A DNA stretch of 64,000 nucleotides, taken from positions 43,338,001 through 43,402,000 of the forward strand of contig NC_135663.1 in NCBI RefSeq assembly GCF_964188315.1, written 5' to 3'. How positions within the stretch are numbered: the stretch's first letter is position 1; every line of letters begins with the position of its first letter. This document shows, in pieces, positions 37,810-48,934 of the stretch. Made by a program: the position numbers and the translations under genes. The notes under the pieces are model-generated. The model was not told the DNA's origin and did no database searches. It saw nothing but the letters and a program-made list of their open reading frames with translations. This DNA comes from Podarcis muralis (Eukaryota).

Positions 37810-40245
37810 ATGAAAATGCAGGTAGGGGCAGACTTGGGCAATCTTTTATAATATGGCACCCTGTGCAAGGTCAAAATTTGATGCTCCCGAATGGATCTTC
37901 TCAATTAGGAATCTTCTCAATTTTGTACCCCCTCAGCTTGGCACCCTGTGAGGAGTAACTGCTCACCCCACTCTAATTTCAACCCTGATGCAGATGTGAA
38001 ACAGGGTACCCAACTACTGAGAATGGAAATGCTACTGGAGAGGTTAATACCCAAAGGGCTGTTAGAGGAGAGCAATGCACCTGAAAGGGTGACAGAGAAC
38101 AGCCCTCTGTTTGAATATGTCTTCTGAAGAAATGCCCATCAGCAGTTAGCAACAAAACAAGTGTCACTTGGTTATTCCCCTTCCCACATAATGCTACTTA
38201 AATTATAGTGTATCCCTCCAAATTTGCACCTATGCATATAAATTAGCATACAGTATGCACACTGTATGCAAATCTGGCTTCATTTTTGGCATATCCTCTT
38301 TTTTGGCAATCTGCAAGCAGCCACTCTGCTTGGATCTTTAAAAATTCACACTGACAATTCTAGATAGACCAAATGTATATATTTCAGGCAAGGATATAAT
38401 TTCAGATTTCTGAATATGGAGAGCAAAGAGATTTTAGAGGGTGGACAACATTTTCAAACCCACATGGTCTTCCTAAATGGTGCCACCCCTTGCATTTAGG
38501 AAATTGATGTGGCAAGAAGATAATTAAGTATTTCAAAATGATATAAATATAACTGCCTCCTTATCCCTGATTATTGCACACTCTTGCATGGAGATAATTC
38601 CCTTTCATAAAAAATAAATGATTCCTTGCCTTAACTGGCCAACCAGGACAAAAGTCAAGACTGCAAGAGGATGTGGGACATATCCCCAAGGACCATATCA
38701 CCATTAGAGCAGATACAGACTGAAAACAATCCAGACAACTATAACAAGGGAAAGCTGGTGACACCTCAAGCATATAGTCTCTGTTCTTAATTGTGACAAC
38801 CATCACAACAGATCTGAGGCATTTTATCCTCTGAGTGTCTCAAAGTACTGTCACAGTGAATCAAAGATGGTTCAGTCTCTGAGCAGGGATGAACTGGAAT
38901 TCAACATTTCATTCTTTATCCAAATTAGCTACACTTGAGAACTCAGTGCAGACACAATAAAGGTGGAGAAAAGGCTGAAAATCTCATCACATTGCAGTTC
39001 ACACTAGTCTTCAGTCCATTTGCTGACCAGATGACCTTTCATTTCCTGATTACACACCATGCAAATATCTCTACCGTGAAAAGTTTACCGGTATATTTTT
39101 TTTTGCCGAGGAAGAAATTAACATGGTTCCAAACTTCAAAAGCTAAAAGTTGTCTCATGGTAACTGAAGAAACTACAGCAATAAGTTCTCTTCTCACATT
39201 CAATATGCAGTAGCTCATGCTATTTCAGTCAAAGCACATTTAGCTTCCTTTGAGTGAATGATTGTTTCCTTGAGCTAATCTCCAGTGACAGGATCATAGC
39301 GTCAAAAATCACCTCCAGCAGTATGCACAGTTCAAAGTACCTGAATTGCTCAGTTCTTTTTGATCCTATACCTGCCAACTTGATGGGGGCTCCTAAACAA
39401 GCCAAAGGCCAAAGGAATGTATTTCGTTAGCAATAAATAAATAAAAATGAAATGAAATATTTTTATGGGCTTGTTTGTGGATCAGCAAGAGAAATGATCA
39501 GAAAAGGAGGCTTATAAAAAATCGTACAACATTGGTGGTACATCATACATATTGAACGATAGCAGTTACAGCTTTAAAAAAAATGCTTTGGTATTGTGCA
39601 ACCAGTGCAGGAAGATCATCACAATGGAATTGCATTAATGCCATGGCCAAAGTATTAGTTTTCCCCCTTAGAATCTGAGATTAAAAATATCAAAGTTAAA
39701 GCTATCAGTTGAAGGAAAGAACATGACATAATGCCAACATGAAGTCACCTATCCTCTCAGCCTAGCATTTTAAGGTAGATGGAAAAAGCAGAATCCAGAA
39801 TAATTGCATGTGAATTGAAACACAGGGGTTACTATTTGTGTACATTTTAAAAGTGACAAAACTATTTTAAAAGTGTTGTTATATTGCATTTGACAAATTG
39901 GGCTGAAAGCCAGGTATTGCCCATTATGTGTGATGTGAGATTTGGAATCTTTAAGACTTTCTTAGACCATATAGGAGGACTGCTTATTGTTGAAACGCAT
40001 TTGGAATCCATGAACATTTCCTCAAAGTGGTTATTTCATGGGGTGGCTGTTCATTTCAAATGAAAGGCTTGACATATATTTGTCTTAAAGTAGCTATTAG
40101 GCCATCTGTCTTTCTTTCTTTTTTTTTGTGGTTATAAAACATGATACAGGAACTTGTTAACTTTATAGTTTTCTACTATATATATATATATATATATATG
40201 CAGGTTTTGGTGTCCTCGGGTGTCTTCCCGTGTAAAAGTTGGGGT

Positions 40246-40292
40246 GTCTAGGCGACGTTTCGACGAGGTCTCACTCGTCATCTTCAGGCTGG
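40246..40292 (-). ncRNA. Minimal hammerhead ribozyme motif
   Basis: Same motif as 7886-7930, in reverse. Confidence 0.7.
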
Positions 40293-40885
40293 TGCTTTCG
40301 GCTTCTTGTTACTGGAACAGAGCAGGATCTCAGTGTTTGAGTTCCTATAAATACTGTTGAGGAGGTGTGGTGTATAGCCTCCAATGTTCTGGGCAGAGAG
40401 GAAGTTCCCAGGCTAGTGTGCCTTTTCTTCTTTTGTTCCTTAATTGCTTGAGGGATATCTTGAGTGATTTCTTGAGTGATATCCTGAGTACCACTTAGGT
40501 GGGTCATTAGGTGTGGATTAGTTGCTAAAGCCTTTGTGTCTTGACCTCTTGAACTTTGTGAAGAGTTTTTCTGAGAAGATGGCTGTACTGCACTTAGTTG
40601 TGCTCTGGCTTGGCTTCGTGTATAGGGGCGAGCTGTGGTTTTGTGGCCTGTGCCAGCCAGATCTGTGTAGGGATTGCAGGGGGGTGCAGCATCCGGAGGT
40701 GCCACCATGGTTTGGCTACTGGATGGTGTCTGTAATTTATCTGTGGAGAGGGTCTGGGTTTGGGTCTGGTGTGGTTGATTGGTGATGGCGTTCTGTGTGC
40801 CTCTGGATCTGGTGTCAGTTTTTGTGGGGAGGGCTAATTTCCAGATGTCTGGCAAGCGGGATGTGTCGTCACGCTTGTTCATGTT

Positions 40886-42013
40886 GTGAGGGTGTTTTTC
40901 TATCTCGATGGCTTCCATGATTATTCTCTTGTGGTGATGTTCCATGTTAGAGAGCAAAAAGAAACACCCCCAAAAAACCAAGACACAGAAGAAAACAATG
41001 GCATGGCCCTCCTTCCTTATATCAAGGGCACTACAGATAAAATTAGCAAAATCCTCCATAAACACAATATCAAAACAGCCTTTTGCGCCAACCAAAAAAT
41101 AGCCAATATCCTCAGAAACCCCAAGGATAAAATCCAGTTGGAAAACCAAGGGGTCTATGAAATACCCTGCAAAGTCTGCCCAGCCACGTACATTGGACAA
41201 ACAAACAGACGAATAAATGCACGTATCGCAGAACACAAGAATGCCGTCAAAAAAGAAGAAAAAACTTCCTCTCTTTTCCAACACATGAAAGAAACAGGAC
41301 ACGAAATTAATTTTGCAGATTCCAAATTGCTCTCTAACATGGAACATCACCACAAGAGAATAATCATGGAAGCCATCGAGATAGAAAAACACCCTCACAA
41401 CATGAACAAGCGTGACGACACATCCCGCTTGCCAGACATCTGGAAATTAGCCCTCCCCACAAAAACTGACACCAGATCCAGAGGCACACAGAACGCCATC
41501 ACCAATCAACCACACCAGACCCAAACCCAGACCCTCTCCACAGATAAATTACAGACACCATCCAGTAGCCAAACCATGGTGGCACCTCCGGATGCTGCAC
41601 CCCCCTGCAATCCCTACACAGATCTGGCTGGCACAGGCCACAAAACCACAGCTCGCCCCTATACACGAAGCCAAGCCAGAGCACAACTAAGTGCAGTACA
41701 GCCATCTTCTCAGAAAAACTCTTCACAAAGTTCAAGAGGTCAAGACACAAAGGCTTTAGCAACTAATCCACACCTAATGACCCACCTAAGTGGTACTCAG
41801 GATATCACTCAAGAAATCACTCAAGATATCCCTCAAGCAATTAAGGAACAAAAGAAGAAAAGGCACACTAGCCTGGGAACTTCCTCTCTGCCCAGAACAT
41901 TGGAGGCTATACACCACACCTCCTCAACAGTATTTATAGGAACTCAAACACTGAGATCCTGCTCTGTTCCAGTAACAAGAAGCCGAAAGCACCAGCCTGA
42001 AGATGACGAGTGA
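40886..42013 (+). CDS. Chimeric ORF: antisense leader fused to PLE thumb end + GIY-YIG endonuclease + tail
   Basis: Intact GVY..YIG, R, E and N residues and the CKVC..H..H pattern. The first ATG is at 40937 (358 aa). No RT core. Confidence 0.75.
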   Translation: MRVFFYLDGFHDYSLVVMFHVREQKETPPKNQDTEENNGMALLPYIKGTTDKISKILHKHNIKTAFCANQKIANILRNPKDKIQLENQGVYEIPCKVCPATYIGQTNRRINARIAEHKNAVKKEEKTSSLFQHMKETGHEINFADSKLLSNMEHHHKRIIMEAIEIEKHPHNMNKRDDTSRLPDIWKLALPTKTDTRSRGTQNAITNQPHQTQTQTLSTDKLQTPSSSQTMVAPPDAAPPCNPYTDLAGTGHKTTARPYTRSQARAQLSAVQPSSQKNSSQSSRGQDTKALATNPHLMTHLSGTQDITQEITQDIPQAIKEQKKKRHTSLGTSSLPRTLEAIHHTSSTVFIGTQTLRSCSVPVTRSRKHQPEDDE

Positions 42014-42036
42014 GACCTCGTCGAAACGTCGCCTAG
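41992..42036 (+). ncRNA. Minimal hammerhead ribozyme motif
   Basis: CTGAAGATGACGAGTGAGACCTCGTCGAAACGTC; predicted cleavage after 42030. Confidence 0.7.
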
Positions 42037-42112
42037 ACACCCCAACTTTTACACGGGAAGACACCCGAGGACACCAAAACCTGCATTCCTATACCCGTGA
42101 AAATCTACGAAA

Positions 42113-42167
<55 letters not shown>

Positions 42168-42420
42168 CGCACATATATGCACACATCCCAACTTGCTGAG
42201 TGCTCTGTTGCAGCTTAGCTGTTGAGTGCAATTTCCTTCTGTGCTTTCTTGAGTGTCAATCCCCTCTCCATAATCAGCAACCCCAAGTGAAACTGCTGTG
42301 AACAGAAATTTGCTGCAGTTATTTATGCCCTGGTAGTATCCAGACAATGCCTTCTGTGTGGGGCTGCCTTTGAAGATGGTTTTGAATCTCCAGCCATTGT
42401 AGAACACTATTTAGAGTTTT

Positions 42421-42767
42421 AAAGGTAAGGTAAAGATAAAGGACCCCTGGATGGTTAACTCCAGTCAAATGTGATTATGGGGTTGTGGCGCTCATCTTGC
42501 TTTCAGGCCAAGGGAGCCGGCATTTGTCCACAGACAGTTTTCCGGGTCATGTGGCCAGCATGACTGGTGCACGGAGGACCGTGACAAGTGCCAGAGCGCA
42601 CGGAAACTCTATTTACCTTCCCGTCGCAGTGGTACCTATTCATCTACTTGCACTAGCGTGCTTTCAAACTGCTAGGTTGGCAGGAGCTGGGACAGAGCAA
42701 CGGGAGCTCACCCTGTTGCAGGGATTCAAACCGCCGACCTTCCGATCAGCAAGCCACAGTGGCACCC
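42421..42767 (-). mobile_element. Older Sauria SINE variant with internal deletion
   Basis: Core conserved; TTTTAAAGGTAA repeated at both flanks. Confidence 0.88.
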
Positions 42768-43097
42768 TTTTAAAGGTAACAAACAGCAGTTTAAACTGAG
42801 CCTGGAAATGCACCAGGAACCAGTGCAGTTGGTTCTATGTGGGTATTATGTTCTTTGACTATCTGGCCCCAGAAGCTTCTAATGTTGATGGGTTGCAGCT
42901 AAACATCAATCAGGGGTTGGAAACTGGATCTTGCCAGTGGGCCAGAGCATTACCTCCCCTGTCTCTAATGGGTCAAGTCTGGCAGGTGGGCAGAGGTGCC
43001 TACCTGTCTATCACATGCTATAACAAAGACATCAAGTAACCTTTGAAAACCCCTTTCAAAGTGCTTACTTGAATGGTGCTTTGAAAGGGTCTTCTAC

Positions 43098-43640
43098 CAG
43101 CGTTGGAAAGATGACAAAGTCCCTACCAGAGAAGAATGGCAGACCAAGCTGATGGACTATGCCGAGCTGGCAAAGCTGACTGGAAAACTCAGAAACCAAG
43201 AGAATAAAACTTTATAAAACAATGGGAGGGAATTATAAACTATTTAGGAGACCATTGTAAACAAGAGCAGGATTTTGACTCACTTGTAGAGTAAAAAACA
43301 AAAAACTATTATGGACTATATGGTTTGATTAAAAAATTGGAGTACGGACTAATATGCAGCTACACATGTTTAAAATAAGAGTCCGTGGATGGGATAGGGG
43401 AAAGTCTCAAGATTCGGAGAATCTCCTCATACAGTATGATTTTATTGATTTGTGTTTATTTGTACTTATCTTTTTCTTCTTTGTAAAACCAATAATATGT
43501 CTTTATTTTAAAAAGGGTATTCTAAAGACTTACAATCAGCTGATTGCAGCTCTGCAATCAGCTGGCTGTAAGTCTCTTTTTATATATGCGCCACTTGATT
43601 GTAATAAAACTTCTAAGTGGATGACAAAAAAAACATTAAA
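43098..43640 (+). pseudogene. L1/Tx1-type LINE ORF2 C-terminus and 3' UTR
   Basis: QRWKDDKVPTREEWQTKLMDYAELAKLTGKLRNQENK, then a 1-nt frameshift, then FIKQWEGIINYL: a typical non-mammalian L1 C-terminal motif followed by an AT-rich UTR. Confidence 0.75.
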
Positions 43641-43799
43641 TTTATCAAGAAAAGGCTGTAAAAACAGGTGTTTAAAACAGGTATTTTACAATCATTAAAA
43701 TCAAGAATAGGCTAGCAAGTTTTAATCTCAACTTCTACATGTCTGAGTAGATCTGCTTAAACAAAAATGATTTAAGGTGACACTGAAATTAGCACAGCG

Positions 43800-44335
43800 A
43801 GGTTGCCTGTCTGGCGTCATTAGGCAGGGAGTTCCAAAATGAAGGTGTTGCCACACTAAAAGATGGGTTTCTTACAAATGTGAAATGAATATTATATGTG
43901 GCACATGTATGAAGCAGTGAAATGGACAAATATGGAGTAAGGAGATCCTGAAAGTAAGAATGATCTCAAGTTGTTAAGGGCTTTATATGCTACTGGTAAC
44001 ACATTGAACTTAGCGTGGTAGCAAACTGGCAACCAGTACAGACCTCTGAGCAGAGCTGTTATATGCTGGCAAATTCTCACCCCTGTCAGCATTCTGCCCT
44101 AATTGCAGCTTTCGCAACAAGGGCAAGGGAAGCCCCACTTAGAGTGCATTGCAGCAGTCCAGTCTTGAAGTTACCAATGCCTGGGGAAACTGTGTCCAAA
44201 CTCTCCTGGTCCAGGAACAGACATCGCTGTTGCACCAGGTGCAGCTGTTACAAGATGTGTTTTGCCACTGGGCCTCCCATGGCAATACTGAATCCAGAAG
44301 CACCCCAAGGCTGAAGAGCTGCTCCATTCTTCCAT
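43800..44335 (-). pseudogene. L2 LINE ORF2 C-terminal fragment
   Basis: SLGVLLDS, QALVTSRLDCCNAL and HITALLRGLYWLPV...KFNVL..AYKALN are L2 hallmarks. Confidence 0.85.
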
Positions 44336-44444
44336 TCTAATGGTGTGGCCATTCTCATACATAAAATGCTTCTTTTTCAGTCTTACATGTGGTAATTGAT
44401 CCAGATGGGCATTATCTTATTTTGTTATCTCAAACATGATAATT

Positions 44445-44915
44445 TAGGGTTGCCATATGTCAAAAAGTGAAAATTCAGACACAAAAGTTGTTGAGGTTTT
44501 GCTCTTTTTTGTAAAGTTGTTGAGCTGCTTTTTTTTTTCAAAATCTCATTTTTTTGCAGTTTTTGAGCTACAGTCATACCTCGGGTTACAGACGCTTCAG
44601 GTTGCGTTTTTTCAGGTTACGGATGCGCCGAAACTCGGAAGTACCGGAATGGGTTACTTTCGGGTTTCGGCGGTTGTGCATGCGCTGAATCGCAATCTGC
44701 GAGTGTACAGATGCGCCGCAAAGATCACGTTCGCAACCCAAGCATCCACTGTATTTTTAAGGAAATTCGGCAAAATCTAGACTAGACATGGGTTGCCATA
44801 TGTACAGATTTTCCCGTGCATTTCAGCGAAAAACACAGCAGTCAGAACCCCGGACACGGCTTCTGACTGCCGTGTTCCAGCTACGTCGGGAAATTCCAGA
44901 CATATGGCAACCCTG
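44445..44915. mobile_element. hAT-type element with 8-bp TSD carrying a nested MITE
   Basis: TIR (T/C)AGGGTTGCCATATGT; TGATAATT at 44437-44444 and 44916-44923. Confidence 0.85.
44571..44751. mobile_element. Tc1/mariner-type MITE nested in hAT element
   Basis: TA-CAGTCATACCTCGGGTT...AACCCAAGCATCCACTG-TA. Confidence 0.75.
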
Positions 44916-46439
44916 TGATAATTGCTATAGTGAATATCTTGTCTGCAATTCAACACTGATGTGCTCCGATAGTGTGGAGAAAGGACAGGGAAACAGGAGT
45001 CTGCAAGGTGTGAATTGAGAAGAGAACAAAGATGAACATGGCTGAGCTGCTTCCATATCTGCCTGGAGCTAGCACACACCTGAACCCCACACAAATGACA
45101 GCAGCTGCCCTGTCCTAGAAAAAGGAGATGTCAGCCTCTAGAGACATATGCATTGCCTGCAGGGATTTATTCCCTGGGATTGCTTTTCCCCATGGAGAGC
45201 AATTAATAGAAGCAACACTACACCGTCATGCCCTACTTACAGTGAACATCTTGGCAAATAACATATATTGTATGGGGTTCCTATAGGAATAGTTCTGGAG
45301 CTTCCAATTCTCATGCCTTAGGAGCCAAGAAAAGTAATAGCCTTGAAGTTTATATGGGTGACAGGAAAATAGTTGTGTGCTTTTTCCTTCGGTCATATAT
45401 TTTCAATATTTGAAGTTTTCAGTGCCTTTATTGATCTGCTCATTTAATGTCTTTCACAGGAAAAGCTGTTATTCTCATTAAGATTTTCTGGTGGGACAGA
45501 CCACACACATGAGAGAATGATGTTATCAGTTGTGTGAATAGGACTATTGGTGTGGATTACTAAATAAAGTCAAATATAAAATGCATGTTTAAAACAGCAT
45601 AATTAACAAAAGAATAAAATATTACCATATTGGCTGCTGTTGTTGCCAATCCTGCCAGCAATGGTTCATGGCAGGCAGTGGCTATGAAAGCTCAGGCTTC
45701 ATGGCCTAGGTTTGCACTAAGAGGCAACCAAGATGATCTCTGGCCTCTTCAGTAGCTTTAGCTTTTGTATCTGGAATCAATCAGGACCCTGCTCTCCCAG
45801 ACCAGGTGGGAAAAGGCCTGCAAGGCAGGGAGAAGGTCTTCCAGGGACTCACATCCAAGATGGCAAATTGACCATCCCTTACACCAGGGTTGGGGGATAT
45901 GTTGGGGTCCACAGAGTGCTGTACTCCTGCCAGCTCTAGCTCACATAGTCAGAGATTATGGGACTCACAGTCATGCAACTTCTGAGAGACCGCAAGTTTC
46001 CACGCCTGATCTACCCATTTCAAGACAAAGATCCATTAATCCAGCATGTGCTAGCTAGCAGATGGAAATATATTAGAAGGAACAGATGGAACAGGCAAAG
46101 AGATGTTAAGGACTGCAAATGTACCACCTTACATACCTCAAAGCTTTTATAATTGACTCAAGCATCATGTTGCTGCGCTCTTCTTAGATTAGATGCATGA
46201 AAGAAATCAACAGCTCTTCCTACTATGGATCCAGTGCTGATTCAATAAGCACATTGAACAGAAAATCTACTTACATCTTTTTTATAGCCTCCTATTGAAA
46301 AATCCATACACTAGAAAGAAAATCCTTTGAAGAGTAGGGTAATTGATGGAATTGCCCTCTGGAGCTTGTACTATGCAGGAACAGGTTTCTAAAGTAATTT
46401 TTAGGGAATCAAATAAGCCATCTCTTTTGCATTAATCTA

Positions 46440-46710
46440 ACAATAGCGAGCATCCAATCTTACAATGAAATTAAAAGGGGCGGGGGAGGAATTGGCTGAG
46501 ACGAGTTTCCCTGTGCAAACTCTGTGCACGCTGACTGAAAGAAGGCAATCTTCTTCAACAAAAGCACCCAGTGACGTGGCAGCTGGTCCAATAAAGCCAG
46601 CTGACTTACCCATACCCATCCATCTTTCTTCAGCAAGGAAAAGCCCCATAGGGTCTAGTGATTGATAACTAAGAGATAACATGTGACGAATTAAATTACT
46701 GTAAGTGAAG
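46440..46710. promoter_or_regulatory. Candidate cis-regulatory cluster
   Basis: CCAAT x2, ATTGG, GGGGCGGGG (~46477), TGACGTGG (~46572), two GATA sites and retained CpGs in non-repeat DNA. Confidence 0.3.
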
Positions 46711-48319
46711 CCAAGCCAATTATGTCTTTGTGTCCTCTCTGTCTGCTTGGACAATTGCTTAAAAGGCAACAATGAAACATCTATTGTTTAGTTAAGCCAC
46801 AAGGACACACTAGTCCAATTTACATAGAATGAAAATAGAAAAATTCAGGAGGGTATTCATCCTGAATGTAGTTGTGTAATTCAGCATGTACGGGCACAGA
46901 AAATGAAATGGCACGTGAAAAAAGCAGTAGCAGCTGACACTGCAGGGTGGGTGGGGCTGAATTGATCTTTGGGATTCCCAACACTGGACATTGTTGCTGC
47001 TTACCAAAGGGGGTGGGAATGGGGAGATATGGGGAGCTCAGCATGGTACAGTGCATGGCAGCAGGAGAATCAGATTGCCAGCACCACTCTGTGCCACACT
47101 GAGCTCCCCACATCTCCCCCTTCAGTAAGTGGCAGCAATGTGTGGTGCTGGGACTTTGGAAGAGCAGCTGTCAACCACTATTGAAAAGCAGAAGAGGAAG
47201 AGTTGGAGCCAGCGCTGAAACTGCACTCTAGTTAGGGATGTATGAAACTGTCAGTTTTGCTGTCTTGCTGTTTCTTAAATTTAGGTCTCCAGATTTCCAC
47301 AGAACTTTGCAATTTCTTCAATAACAAAAGCTCCTCATGAAAAATCATCAGTACTTTAGTGTTAATTTCTCCTAATGCACATCTTTGTATGTCGTTTCGA
47401 TTAATGTACACATTTTTTCCAATATAATGCTCTTTTGTATGTGGGCGTATTTTATGCACACTATCCTCCATTTTCTGGTCAGAGAACTTCATCATAAAAA
47501 CATGTAAATGTTTTTTACATGTGTAAATGCTGAGTGATTGTTGTACTTTGGTTTGCATATTGGTTTAAACAATGTGAACTAGGTACAGTAGGTGCTCATT
47601 AAAAAAATGGGCCAATTTGTTTTCTTCCCCCTTCCCTAATTCTGTGAATGTGAACCACCAAAAATTATATCTAATAAATATAGATTATACGGCAGATGGA
47701 GCCTAAGTGTTTGAGAACTATCCCAGTTGGAATGCAGTCAGAAAATTCACAGACTCCTTTTGCCTGCCCATGAGCAGAGGGCAGATAATCTACTGCAGAT
47801 GAGCCAAGTTTTTGGAGTACATCCGAGATCCTTGTCACACGAAGCTTTGGGGTCAGAGCTTAGTGTGCAATCTGTTTTTGCTCTCAGGACTCAGCCTTGG
47901 AACAACTGAATCTGTAATAAAGAAGGGGTGGCTTTGAGTAATGGCAGAATTCCTTATCCTCACTTCTAGCAGCACTTAACCTCCAGGAGGAAAAAGCACA
48001 GGGGTCTGTGCCTTTTTTTATACTATTGTGATGAAGAGAAAATATCTAGAAAGGCAGTTTTCCTCCGTGACAGGTTGCGCTGCTAAATCTTGCTCATCCA
48101 CACAACTACCAACAAACATAATCTGTTCAGGGTGACCAAGAGGGTGAGGCATCTGGAAATCCAACCCTATGAGCAAAAGTGGGAGGACTAAGTTGCTCTG
48201 AGTTACTTTGGGGGGCAGGGAGTAACTAATAAGTTTAACATATAATAAATAATAATACAAAACCATATCTAGCCTAGAGCAGAGATGATTAAGAGGTAAT
48301 ATAATAGCAATCCTCAAAT

Positions 48320-48490
48320 ATTTGAAGTGCTGTCACATAGAAGACGGAGCAAATTTGCTTTCTGCTGCTCCAGAGATTTCCTGTAAACATTAGGAAAAAT
48401 TTCCTGAAGGTACAAGCTGTTCATCCGGGTGCCTCAAAAAGTAATACAGTCTCCTTTGCAGAAGTCTTTTAAGCAAACACTGGATTAAAT
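48320..48490 (+). mobile_element. Decayed CR1 3' fragment
   Basis: AAATATTTGAAG.GCTGTCACATAGAAGA.GGAGCAAA.TTG and AAACATTAGGAAAAATTTCCTGA. Confidence 0.7.
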
Positions 48491-48692
48491 GTTAAAGCAG
48501 TGGATTTTCTGAACTGATAGGAAGTTAGAGTAAAAGAAATAATATGGCCATCCTTTCAACATGTTTCTACAAAAATCCTTTCCTGCTTTGCATAAAATTA
48601 GGAAGAAGGACTTCCTGGTCAAAAGATGCAACTTCCAGGCAGATTTAGCAATTATTTTATAAATTAAGTAGAAGAACCTTATTGGCCTTATA

Positions 48693-48934
48693 CAGTCATA
48701 CCCTCTTTCTCAAACAAAACGTGTTCTGGGAGTCCGTTCGACTTCCGGAACTGCTCAAAAACCAAGACAAGGTTTCTGATTGGCTGCAGGAACACCCTGC
48801 AGCCAATCAGAAGCCACGCCAGAGGTTTGGCTTCTGAAAATCATTCGAAAACCAGAACACTCACTTCCGGTTTTTGATCGTTTAAGAGCCGAAACGTACG
48901 AGTTCCAAGGCATTCGGGAACCAAGGTATGACTG
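48693..48934. mobile_element. Tc1/mariner-type MITE (related family)
   Basis: TA-CAGTCATACC...GGTATGACTG-TA; internal palindrome CTGATTGGCTGCAGG...CCTGCAGCCAATCAG. Confidence 0.8.

Larger units (their letters stand above)
40199..42115. mobile_element. Penelope-like retroelement insertion 2 (head-to-head palindrome), flanked by (TA)n
   Basis: Arms 40199-40957 and 41327-42085 (759 bp) are reverse complements around a 369-bp spacer, with a 30-nt extension at 42086-42115. (TA)n lies at about 40177-40198 and 42116-42160. Near-identical to insertion 1. Confidence 0.95.
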
